Below, in pieces: positions 36,425 to 45,140 of a DNA stretch of 64,000 nt. Position 1 is the stretch's first letter. Every line of letters starts with the position of its first letter. The notes below the pieces were generated by a model. It saw only the letters and a program-made list of their open reading frames with translations. It was not told the origin of the DNA and searched no databases. The DNA comes from Candidatus Latescibacterota bacterium (GTDB taxonomy: Bacteria; Latescibacterota; UBA2968; UBA8231). The stretch is taken from contig OZ241867.1 in the NCBI GenBank assembly GCA_965203175.1, forward strand, positions 3,296,001-3,360,000, written 5' to 3'. The translations under genes were made by a program, and so were the position numbers.

Positions 36425-37591
36425 ATGTATATCCAACGTCAGCTCAGTTCCCAGCTCAAAAAGCTGGTCCCGCTCTATCCAATTCTCTCGGTCTCCGGTC
36501 CGCGTCAGTCGGGCAAGACTACGCTTGTGCGCGAGGTTTTCCCCGACTACGCCTACGTTAATCTCGAACGGCTCGACGACCGTTTAGCAGCCGAAGAAGA
36601 TCCGCGGCGCTTTCTGGAAAGGCATGAGGGCCAGGGGCTAATCATCGACGAGGCGCAGAAGGTGCCGGCGTTGTTTTCCTACTTGCAGGTGCTGGTGGAC
36701 GAGTGCGGCACCATGGGCCAATTCGTCCTTACAGGTTCGCAAAATTTCTTGCTGCTGGAGCAGGTCAGCCAATCGCTGGCCGGACGCGTCGCTCTGCACA
36801 CGCTGCTGCCCTTTTCCCAGCAGGAGCTTGCGGCTAGCTCCGATCTAAGCCTAGACGAAAGCCTGTTCAAAGGCGGCTATCCCGTCCTCTACGATCGCGG
36901 CGTCGCCCCGCCAGACTACTATCCAGCCTATATCCAGACCTATGTCGAGCGCGATGTGAGGAGCCTGCGCAATATCGGCGACCTGAGCGCCTTCCAGCGC
37001 TTTTTGCGAGTCTGTGCTGGGCGCGTCGGACAATTGCTCGATTTGAGCAGCCTCGGCAATGACCTAGGGATCAACTACAAGACGGTGCGCGCTTGGATTT
37101 CAGTATTGGAAGCGAGTTATATCGCCTTCTTGCTCTATCCACATCACGAGAATTTTTCCAAGCGGCTCATCAAGTCGCCCAAGCTCTACTTCTACGACAC
37201 GGGCCTGCTGTGCTCGCTTTTGGGGCTGGAGGCGGCCGACCAACTCGCCACCCACTATTTGCGCGGGGCGATTTTTGAGAATTGGGTCATCGCCGAGATA
37301 ATCAAACAGCACGTCAACGCGGGCTGTCGTCCAGACCTCTACTTCTGGCGCGACAACATTGGCAACGAGTTAGACTTGCTCTACGAGCGGGGAGGTCGGC
37401 GACAGGTGGTCGAAATCAAGGCAGGCGCGACGCTGGGGACGGATCAGTTCAAGGGTTTGCGCTACTATAAGAAATTGGCGACGGCCTTGCCGGTGGAGCA
37501 GGACTACTATCTGATCTACGGTGGGGAGGAGCGTCAGGAACGCGCCCATGGGATCGTCTTGGGATGGCGGGATGTTGGGGAACTGATCTAG
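36425..37591 (+). CDS. AAA_14 ATPase with DUF4143 domain
   Basis: GPRQSGKT, IIDEAQ, LTGSQ, KSPKLYFYDTGL and ELD...VEIK motifs. Confidence 0.9.
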   Translation: MYIQRQLSSQLKKLVPLYPILSVSGPRQSGKTTLVREVFPDYAYVNLERLDDRLAAEEDPRRFLERHEGQGLIIDEAQKVPALFSYLQVLVDECGTMGQFVLTGSQNFLLLEQVSQSLAGRVALHTLLPFSQQELAASSDLSLDESLFKGGYPVLYDRGVAPPDYYPAYIQTYVERDVRSLRNIGDLSAFQRFLRVCAGRVGQLLDLSSLGNDLGINYKTVRAWISVLEASYIAFLLYPHHENFSKRLIKSPKLYFYDTGLLCSLLGLEAADQLATHYLRGAIFENWVIAEIIKQHVNAGCRPDLYFWRDNIGNELDLLYERGGRRQVVEIKAGATLGTDQFKGLRYYKKLATALPVEQDYYLIYGGEERQERAHGIVLGWRDVGELI

Positions 37592-37698
37592 TATGCGGCG
37601 ACGGTCAGTTGGACTTTCCTCGTTGCGGTGGCATAATGCGATCAGCCAATTCTCGGGTTAAGTACAAGTATCGAGTACTGACCAATGGTGTCTGATGG

Positions 37699-39459
37699 TT
37701 ATCTAACCAACATCGTCTTGCCCACGAACTCCGCCTCTGCGTCTTCGGTTTTCAACCTATAGAAGTACAAACCGTCGCTGAGTTCGCGGCCGGCATCGTC
37801 TCGCCCGTCCCAGACGATACTATAGTTGCCGGGATTCTGATGGCCCAAAGCAAAGGTTCGAACGTGCTGTCCGGCTACATCGTAAATAGCTAACTCAGCC
37901 GATGTGGCGGTGGCTATTTCATACGAGATGGTCGGGGTAACGGGTTTGAGCGCGCGAAGTTTGGCCTTCAGTTCGGCGGGCCATTCGTCCGGATCGGTCG
38001 CCTCTCGCCAAGGCATGCGCTGACGGACCTCCTCGGCGAATAGAAGCTGGCGTTCCAACTCTTCGGACCATTCCTCTTCGGACCATTCGTCCGGATCGGT
38101 CGCCATTGCCTGCTGCCAGATCCTATTATCCGAACTCGGCTTAGCCGCGCCTTTGGCCTTCGCCGGTTGCGGTTCCGTGGCGATGATCTGATTGACGAGC
38201 CCTACTTGACGGGCGATATCCATGATCTGGACGATCTGACTGTGCGTGGCGCGCTCGTCTCCTTGGATAAAAATCATCGTGGTGTTGTCCAACTGTTGTC
38301 TCTTCGCCTGCAATTCCTCTTTGAGGGTTGTAAACGTCACTGACTTGTTGTTCAGCTTCATGTTGCCGTCTTGATCCACGATGAGAAAGATATTCTTCTT
38401 ACTCGACTCAGTCGCGACTTTGGACACTTTCGAAGTGATGCCACAAGAGGGCAGCGTCACGGCGGCTAGGGGGCATAGCAGTACCGCCGCTAACACGCGC
38501 GCCCGCGTGCCCATCCGGCGCGCACTGCCGCCAAGCGTCCTGCGGATTCTCAGTGCCAAATCCGATTCGGTTGCTGCAAAAGCGTTCATCGTGGGGATTC
38601 TCCTCATCAAAGGGTTTAAGTGAGCCACCTGTTCGGCGACGTGAGCTAGGCCGCGCGCATAGGCTTCTGAGCGGCCGGTGACGCATACGACGAGATCGTC
38701 GCAGGCTTGTTCGGCTTCCCGCCGCAACATGCGACCGCACAGCCATACGGCGGGGTGGAAGAACAATACAGCGGAGACTAGTCGGTGCAGCAGCATCGTG
38801 AGGTTGTCCCAGCGGCGCACGTGTGCTAGCTCGTGCGTGAGGACCAAGGAGAGTTCGTCGGTGCGCAGTTTCTCCACGAGATCGGTGGGCAATACAATGA
38901 TCGGTCTCAGAATGCCCAGCGCCATCGGCGAGTTGATAGAAGGGGAGGTTGCCACTTCGATCTTGGGATAGCCATCGAGTATCCGACGTGCTTGCTGCAG
39001 GGCGTCGAAAAGCGGGCCGTCGTGCTGTACCTGCGCTTGTTGTCGCAAGTGCCAGACGATGCCGTAGCCGATCAGAAGTCGCCCGATGAGCAGCGCCGCA
39101 CCTATTAGCCACAGTATTACTCCCCAGCCGGCTGTAGTAAGTTGCACACTACTTGTGGCAATTGTCGGAGAAGCCGCTACTTGCATCGTTGGATGCTCGA
39201 CGTGCAAGGACGGGGCATTCCAATCAGGTCCCAAGAGTGATACCAATGGCGTGAATAGCGAATAGGGCGAACTGACCGCGATGGAAACGAGCGGCTTGAG
39301 CAGCACGACCGCCCACAACAGGTGACGCAAGGCCGGCGACTTTATTGGCAATAGGCGACTGGTGACTAGGACTAAGACCGCCAGCGCTGCTAACTCGATA
39401 CTTAGCTGACTAAACCAACCGAATAGCTGGCTACCTAACTCGTTTAAAGCCGCGTTCAT
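37699..39459 (-). CDS. BlaR1/M56 metallopeptidase fused to an ExbD-like domain, acidic helical repeats and a FlgD-Ig domain
   Basis: HELAH, FFHPAVW, EQACDD; IQGDERATHSQIVQIMD; WDGRDDAGRELSDGLYFY. Confidence 0.88.
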   Translation of the reverse strand: MNAALNELGSQLFGWFSQLSIELAALAVLVLVTSRLLPIKSPALRHLLWAVVLLKPLVSIAVSSPYSLFTPLVSLLGPDWNAPSLHVEHPTMQVAASPTIATSSVQLTTAGWGVILWLIGAALLIGRLLIGYGIVWHLRQQAQVQHDGPLFDALQQARRILDGYPKIEVATSPSINSPMALGILRPIIVLPTDLVEKLRTDELSLVLTHELAHVRRWDNLTMLLHRLVSAVLFFHPAVWLCGRMLRREAEQACDDLVVCVTGRSEAYARGLAHVAEQVAHLNPLMRRIPTMNAFAATESDLALRIRRTLGGSARRMGTRARVLAAVLLCPLAAVTLPSCGITSKVSKVATESSKKNIFLIVDQDGNMKLNNKSVTFTTLKEELQAKRQQLDNTTMIFIQGDERATHSQIVQIMDIARQVGLVNQIIATEPQPAKAKGAAKPSSDNRIWQQAMATDPDEWSEEEWSEELERQLLFAEEVRQRMPWREATDPDEWPAELKAKLRALKPVTPTISYEIATATSAELAIYDVAGQHVRTFALGHQNPGNYSIVWDGRDDAGRELSDGLYFYRLKTEDAEAEFVGKTMLVR

Positions 39460-39535
39460 CGCGGGTCTCCTTTTCTGCGCTCAAGGGTTGGGTCCAGTTC
39501 CTCCCGGATCGCCGTCAATTCCTCGTCCGTGAGCG
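39456..39535 (-). pseudogene. 3' remnant of blaI carried along in the tandem duplication
   Basis: Matches 41883-41962 (CCGGATCGCCGTCAATTCCTCGTCCGTGAGCG identical) and supplies the SD of 37699-39459. Confidence 0.8.
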
Positions 39536-39582
39536 ACTAGTCATCTGGCAGTTTAACCATCTTGCGGGTGCACGTTTGATGG

Positions 39583-41886
39583 TTATCTAACCAATATCAT
39601 CCTGTACGCTATATGCTTGTTCGCTTCTCTGTCGGATTTCAATGAATAGAAGTACACGCCGTTGCTGCGCTCGCGGCCGGCATCGTCCCGTCCGTCCCAG
39701 ACGATGCTATATTTGCCGGGACTCTGATCGCCCAAAAAAAAGGTTCGAACGAGCTCTCCGGCTACATTGGAAATAAATAATTCTTCAGCCGGTGAGGCGG
39801 TGGCTATTTCATACGAGATATTACCGGGTTTGAGTGCGAGGAGCTGGGTTTTGAGTTCGTCAGACCACTCGTCTGAATCGGTCTCTTCCACCTGCCGCCA
39901 AAGCCTTCTCTGACGGACCTTCTCGGCGATTTCCTCGATGGTACTGTCAGGCTCAAGCCCGAAAAGCAGGGTTTTGAGTGCGAGGAGCAGGGTTTTGAGT
40001 TCGTCAGACCATTCATCTGGATCAGTGGCCATCGCCTCTTGCCGGATTTTATCCCAGCTCTGACGGACCGCATAGGCGATTTCCTTGATGGTTCTGTTGG
40101 GTTTGAGTGCGAGGAGCTGGGTTTTGAGTTCGTCGGACCATCTATCTGGATTAGTGGCCATCGCCTCTTGCCAGATTCTGTCATGCCGACTTGGCTCAAC
40201 CGCTACTTTGGTCACTTCCGGTTGCGGTTTCGTGGCCACTAACTGATCGACAAGCCCTACTTGGCGGGCGAAATCCATGATCCCGGCGATCATTCCGTGC
40301 GGAGCACGCTCGTCTCCTTGGATGATAATCATCGTAGTATTGTCCAATAGTCGTCTCTTCGTCCGCAATATATCTTTAAGATCCGTAAACGCCACTGATT
40401 TGTCGTTCAGCATTATATTGCCGTGCTGGTCCACGACGATAAAGGGATTTTCCGCGGTAAGGTTATCGTCATTCCGACTCAACTCAGTCGCGACATTGGC
40501 CACCTCCGGAGTAGTGTCACAAACGACCATATCGACGAGCCCTACTTGGCGGGCGACATACATGATCTGGACGATCTGCCCGTGCGGGGTGTGCCCGTCG
40601 CTTTGGATGACAATCATCGTAGTATTGTCCAACAGTCGTCTCTTCGCCTGCAGTTCTTCTTTAAGCGTTTCAAAAGTCACCGACTCGTCGTTCAGCTTCA
40701 TGTTGCCGTCTTGATCCACGACCAGAAGGATACGCTCATCCTGACCCGACAGCAGTCGTCTCTTCGCCTGCAATTCCTCTTTGAGGGTCGCAAACGTCAC
40801 TGGTTTGTCGTCTTGCTTCACGAGGATAAAGGGACGCTTATCCTGACTCGACTCAGCCGAGATTTTGGATACAGAGGGTAGGGTTATGGCGGCTAGGGGG
40901 CATAGCAATACCGCCGCCAACACGCGCGTCCGCATGCCCATCCGGCGCGCACCGCCGCCAAGCGTCCTACGAATTCTCAGCGCCAGATCCGATTCCGCTG
41001 CAAAGGCGTTCATGGTGGGGATTCTCCTTATCAAAGGGTTTGAGTGGACCACCCGTTCAGCGACGTGAGCCAAGCCGCGCGCATAGGCTTCTGAGCGGCC
41101 AGTGGAGCATACCACCAGATCGTCGCAGGCCTGTTCGGCTTCCCGCCGCAACATGCGACCGCACAGCCACACAGCGGGATGGAAGAATAATACAGCGGAG
41201 ACTAGTCGGTGCAGCAGCCTTGTGAGGTTGTCCCAGCGGCGCACGTGTGCCAGTTCGTGCATGAGGATCAAGGCGAGTTCGTCGGTGCGCAGTTTCTCTA
41301 CGAGATCGGCGGGGAAAACAATGATCGGTCTCAGGATGCCCAGCGCCATTGGCGAACTGATAGAAGGAGAGATCGCCACCTCGACCTTGGGATAGCAGTC
41401 GAGCGTCCGACGCGCTTGCCGCAGAGCGTCGCAAAGTGGCCCGTCGTGCCGCACTTGTACCTGCTGCCGCAAGCACCAGACGATGCCGTAGCCGACCAGA
41501 ATCCGCCCGATGAGCAGCACCGCACCTGCTATCCACAGTATCGCTCCCCAGCCGGCTGTAGTAAGCGGCACACTACTTGTGGCAATTGTTGGAGAAGCCG
41601 CTACTTGCATCGTTGGGTACTCGACGGGCGAGAATGCGAGGGTGTCCCGACTGGGTTCCAAGAGTGACACGAACGGTGTAAATAGCGTATAGGGCGAGCT
41701 GATTGCGATGGCGACGAGCGGCTTGAGCAGCACGATTGCCCACAACAGGTGGCGCAAGGCCGGCGACTTTATTGGCAATAGGTAACTGGCGACTAGAACT
41801 AAGACCGCTAGCGCCGCTAGTTCGATACTTAATTGACCAAACCAGCCGAATAGTTGGTTACCTAACTCGTTCAAAGCCGCATTCAT
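39583..41886 (-). CDS. BlaR1/M56 metallopeptidase fused to about 2.5 ExbD-like domains, three WSDELK repeats and a FlgD-Ig domain
   Basis: HELAH; close paralog of 37699-39459; ATGA overlap with blaI. Confidence 0.88.
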   Translation of the reverse strand: MNAALNELGNQLFGWFGQLSIELAALAVLVLVASYLLPIKSPALRHLLWAIVLLKPLVAIAISSPYTLFTPFVSLLEPSRDTLAFSPVEYPTMQVAASPTIATSSVPLTTAGWGAILWIAGAVLLIGRILVGYGIVWCLRQQVQVRHDGPLCDALRQARRTLDCYPKVEVAISPSISSPMALGILRPIIVFPADLVEKLRTDELALILMHELAHVRRWDNLTRLLHRLVSAVLFFHPAVWLCGRMLRREAEQACDDLVVCSTGRSEAYARGLAHVAERVVHSNPLIRRIPTMNAFAAESDLALRIRRTLGGGARRMGMRTRVLAAVLLCPLAAITLPSVSKISAESSQDKRPFILVKQDDKPVTFATLKEELQAKRRLLSGQDERILLVVDQDGNMKLNDESVTFETLKEELQAKRRLLDNTTMIVIQSDGHTPHGQIVQIMYVARQVGLVDMVVCDTTPEVANVATELSRNDDNLTAENPFIVVDQHGNIMLNDKSVAFTDLKDILRTKRRLLDNTTMIIIQGDERAPHGMIAGIMDFARQVGLVDQLVATKPQPEVTKVAVEPSRHDRIWQEAMATNPDRWSDELKTQLLALKPNRTIKEIAYAVRQSWDKIRQEAMATDPDEWSDELKTLLLALKTLLFGLEPDSTIEEIAEKVRQRRLWRQVEETDSDEWSDELKTQLLALKPGNISYEIATASPAEELFISNVAGELVRTFFLGDQSPGKYSIVWDGRDDAGRERSNGVYFYSLKSDREANKHIAYRMILVR

Positions 41887-42290
41887 CGCTGGTCTCCTTT
41901 TCTGCGCTCGAGGGTTTTGTCCAGGTCTGCCCGGATCGCCGTCAATTCCTCGTCCGTGAGCGCTTGGCCGTTCAGCAGTTGGCTGACGAGTGCTTCGGCC
42001 GAGCCGGCAAAGAACGAGTCGATGACTTCGCCCAGCGAGCGCCGTCCCATGTCCTCGCGCGTGACCACCGGGCGATAGAGATCGGACCGGCCTTCTCGTT
42101 CCGATATCACAAAGCCCTTATCGCGCAGGATGCGCATTATGGTCAGCACGGTATTGTAAGCCATCGGCTTGACGGCTGTTAGCCGCTCTTGCACCTGCTT
42201 GACGGCTGCGGGCGACTCGTCCCACAGGACGTTCATAATGAGGGTTTCGAGCGGGGTCAGCTTTTTGTCGGGTTTGTCCTTGGTCGCCAT
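41883..42290 (-). CDS. blaI: BlaI/MecI/CopY family repressor
   Basis: LTPLETLIMNVLW, AYNTVLTIMRILRDKG and FFAGS motifs; SD AAAGGA before ATG 42290. Confidence 0.9.
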   Translation of the reverse strand: MATKDKPDKKLTPLETLIMNVLWDESPAAVKQVQERLTAVKPMAYNTVLTIMRILRDKGFVISEREGRSDLYRPVVTREDMGRRSLGEVIDSFFAGSAEALVSQLLNGQALTDEELTAIRADLDKTLERRKGDQR

Positions 42291-42301
42291 AGCAAGTCCT
42301 T

Positions 42302-42365
42302 TCAACTAAGAATTTAGTTGAGTATACTCGACGGCAATTGGTTTGTCAACTAAAATTTTAGTTGA
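42302..42365 (-). promoter_or_regulatory. Sigma70 promoter flanked by two 20-bp palindromic operators
   Basis: TTGACA(42349-44)-17-TATACT(42326-21). Operators TCAACTAAGAATTTAGTTGA (42302-21) and perfect TCAACTAAAATTTTAGTTGA (42346-65). Confidence 0.85.
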
Positions 42366-42476
42366 TATGATTAGTGATAGATCGTATTGACTATCATTTT
42401 ACGATACAGCTTCTTGTGTTTATAATAATATTGTTATTTTTATCTTACTCAGGGAACGATATTGTAAAGGGTTTCC

Positions 42477-42863
42477 ATGCCCGCTACTCAGGTATTCTTC
42501 TTCCAGGATAAACAAGATATTCCAGTGAGAAGTTGGTTACAGGAATTGCGGCGAACAGACAAACGGGTTTATGCCAAGTGCGTCGCACGCATCCGCTCGC
42601 TAGCCCAACTCGGCCACGAACTCCGCCGTCCACTGGCTGACTATCTGGAAGAAGACATCTACGAACTGCGCATCCGCCGCGGTCGGGTCAACTATCGCAT
42701 TCTTTACTTCTTCCATGGTCAGAACATAGCGATCTTGACTCATGGGCTGGTCAAAGAAGACGTGATTCCCCAGGCAGACCTGACGCGGGCGATCAAACGG
42801 AAAGAAGCTTTCCTGAAAGATCCGGAGAAACACACCTACGAGGAGAATATTTCTCATGCCTAA
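42477..42863 (+). CDS. RelE/ParE-superfamily (HigB/Gp49-like) toxin
   Basis: LRRPLADYL, IYELR, YRILYFF and LTHG motifs; lies upstream of an HTH antitoxin. Confidence 0.85.
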   Translation: MPATQVFFFQDKQDIPVRSWLQELRRTDKRVYAKCVARIRSLAQLGHELRRPLADYLEEDIYELRIRRGRVNYRILYFFHGQNIAILTHGLVKEDVIPQADLTRAIKRKEAFLKDPEKHTYEENISHA

Positions 42864-43170
42864 GACGCGAGATGCAACCCAGATTCTCGACCGGATGACG
42901 GGCGACGATGAGGAAATGCGGCAACTGATTGCCGAGGAAACTCTTAACGCCGAAGTGGCTCGTTTGATCTACGAAGCACGGACAGTAGCGGGGCTAACTC
43001 AAGCCGAATTGGCCGAGCGAATCGGCACCAAGCAACCAGTGATCGCACGCTTGGAAGATGCCGATTACGAAGGACATTCGCTGTCTATGCTCCAGCGCAT
43101 CGCCCTTGCATTGAACCAGCGCGTCGAACTCCACTTCGTTCCTCTTGAGAAAACCTCAGAAGCGGCATAG
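42856..43170 (+). CDS. XRE-family HTH antitoxin (HigA-like)
   Basis: GLTQAELAERIGTKQPVIARLE motif; overlaps the toxin by 8 nt. Confidence 0.88.
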   Translation: MPKTRDATQILDRMTGDDEEMRQLIAEETLNAEVARLIYEARTVAGLTQAELAERIGTKQPVIARLEDADYEGHSLSMLQRIALALNQRVELHFVPLEKTSEAA

Positions 43171-43240
43171 GCATCTAGCGGATGCGGCTTATAGAGCATT
43201 CCACGAGTTGTAGAGATTGGTCTAGCCTGCTGGCTAAGAG

Positions 43241-43286
43241 ATCAAAACCCTTCTCGCGCAAGATGCGCATCGTGGGCAGCACGGTT
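43241..43286 (-). pseudogene. Internal fragment of a second blaI
   Basis: Translates TVLPTMRILREKGF versus TVLTIMRILRDKGF in blaI (about 42110-42152). Confidence 0.65.
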
Positions 43287-43435
43287 AACGATTATAGTCA
43301 AGGCGCGGATAGAGCGCATTGACTGTCATTCAGCGATGAAATTCATTAAAATGATACGGTTGAATACGAGTTCATTTCGCAGAGCAACTAAAAAACTGAG
43401 AGCCTGCCCTGAGCAGAGCCTAAGGGAGCGCCACC

Positions 43436-44203
43436 ATGTCCGACTACACTGCCTATAAAGCTGATTATGACCGCGACGGCTTCGTCCTCGTGCGCAACTT
43501 CCTGCCCGCCGACGAACTCAAAGACCTAACGGCTCAGGTCGACCGCTACGTCCGCGACGTGGTGCCGACCCTGCCCGATCAGGCCGCCTTCTACCAAGAC
43601 AAGGCCCGGCCCGAAACCCTGAAACAACTACAGCACATGGGCAAATACGATGCCTTCTTCTCCGAGTACCGCGACCAACCGCGCTGGAGGGCCCTGGCTC
43701 AGACCCTCATCGGCGAGGCCGCGCAGGTGAGCCAACCCGAGTGGTTCAACAAGCCGCCACAGACCGAACACCCCACGCCGCCGCATCAGGACAATTTCTA
43801 CTTCAACCTCACGCCGCCCAACGTCGCCTCCATTTGGCTGGCCCTCGACCCGGTTGACGAGGAAAACGGCTGCCTGCGCTACAGCCCCGGCTCTCATCTC
43901 AAGGGCATCCGGCCACACAACCGCACTGCGGTTTTAGGTTTTTCGCAGGGCATTGCCGATTACGGCCCCCAAGACCAAGCCAACGAAGTCGCGGTGCATT
44001 TGCAGCCTGGTGACGCAGTCGTCCACCACGGCGAAATCATCCACCGGGCCGACCCCAATCGCTCGTCGCAGCGCCACCGCCGCGCTTTTGCTATGGTCTT
44101 CGAAGGCGTCAGTTGCAAGATCGATGAGGAAGGCCGGCGGAGATACCAAGAGGCCCTGCAGAGCCAGCATCAGAAGATGGGGCTGGAGACCTCTTCTACA
44201 TAA
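43436..44203 (+). CDS. PhyH-family dioxygenase
   Basis: [18 protein letters not shown] and PGDAVVHH...IHRA motifs. Confidence 0.9.
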   Translation: MSDYTAYKADYDRDGFVLVRNFLPADELKDLTAQVDRYVRDVVPTLPDQAAFYQDKARPETLKQLQHMGKYDAFFSEYRDQPRWRALAQTLIGEAAQVSQPEWFNKPPQTEHPTPPHQDNFYFNLTPPNVASIWLALDPVDEENGCLRYSPGSHLKGIRPHNRTAVLGFSQGIADYGPQDQANEVAVHLQPGDAVVHHGEIIHRADPNRSSQRHRRAFAMVFEGVSCKIDEEGRRRYQEALQSQHQKMGLETSST

Positions 44204-45138
44204 TGCGCGTGCTGATCACCGGCGGCGCAGGTTTCTTGGGGTCGCATTTGAGCGACCTGCTGCTGGAAAAAGGCTGCGAAATCATCTGCATGGACAACTT
44301 CCTCACGGGTCGGCCCGAGAACATCGCCCATCTGCTCGGCCACTCGCGATTCCAGTTTGTTCAATACGACGTCACCAACTACATCCACGTAGATGGTCCG
44401 CTCGACTTCATCCTGCACCTCGCCAGCCCGGCTAGCCCGGCCGATTTCGAACGGTTGGGGATCAACATCCTCAAGGTCGGCGCGTTGGGCACGCACAAGA
44501 CCTTGGGGTTGGCCGTGGCCAAGCAGGCCAAGTTCCTGCTGGCCTCCACCTCGGAAGTCTATGGCGACCCTTTGGTGCATCCCCAGTCCGAGGAGTACCT
44601 CGGCAACGTCAACCCCATTGGCATCCGCGGCGTGTACGACGAGGCCAAGCGCTTTGCCGAGGCCATGACCATGGCGTACCACCGCATGCACGGCACGGAC
44701 GTGCGCATTGCGCGCATATTCAATACGTATGGCGAGCGCATGCGCCAAGACGACGGCCGGGCCGTACCCAACTTCATCATCCAAGCCCTCAAGGGCCGCG
44801 ATCTAACGGTCTATGGCGACGGCCAGCAAACGCGCAGCATCTGCCATTACAGCGACCTGATCGCCGGCCTCTACAAGCTCATGTTGTCCGACGTGACCAC
44901 CCCGGTCAATCTCGGCAACCCCAGTGAAATCACCATGCTAGACTTGGCCCACAAGATCGTCGCCATGACGGGGTCCAAGAGCTGCATCGCCTTCGGCGAG
45001 CTGCCGCAGGACGACCCTCGGGTGCGCCTGCCCGACATTGCCAAGGCCCGCTCTCTCCTCGGCTGGACGCCCCGCGTGGGGCCGGACGAGGGGTTGGGCC
45101 GGACGATAGCATGGTTCAAACGAGAATTGGAGAAATAG
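44203..45138 (+). CDS. UDP-glucuronate decarboxylase / NAD-dependent epimerase-dehydratase
   Basis: [29 protein letters not shown] and RIFNTYG motifs. Confidence 0.92.
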   Translation: MRVLITGGAGFLGSHLSDLLLEKGCEIICMDNFLTGRPENIAHLLGHSRFQFVQYDVTNYIHVDGPLDFILHLASPASPADFERLGINILKVGALGTHKTLGLAVAKQAKFLLASTSEVYGDPLVHPQSEEYLGNVNPIGIRGVYDEAKRFAEAMTMAYHRMHGTDVRIARIFNTYGERMRQDDGRAVPNFIIQALKGRDLTVYGDGQQTRSICHYSDLIAGLYKLMLSDVTTPVNLGNPSEITMLDLAHKIVAMTGSKSCIAFGELPQDDPRVRLPDIAKARSLLGWTPRVGPDEGLGRTIAWFKRELEK

Positions 45139-45140
45139 CT

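Noticed and set aside
37699-42290. Beta-lactam resistance locus (blaZ/mecA type)
   Set aside because: There is no penicillin-binding sensor domain and no beta-lactamase or PBP gene nearby.
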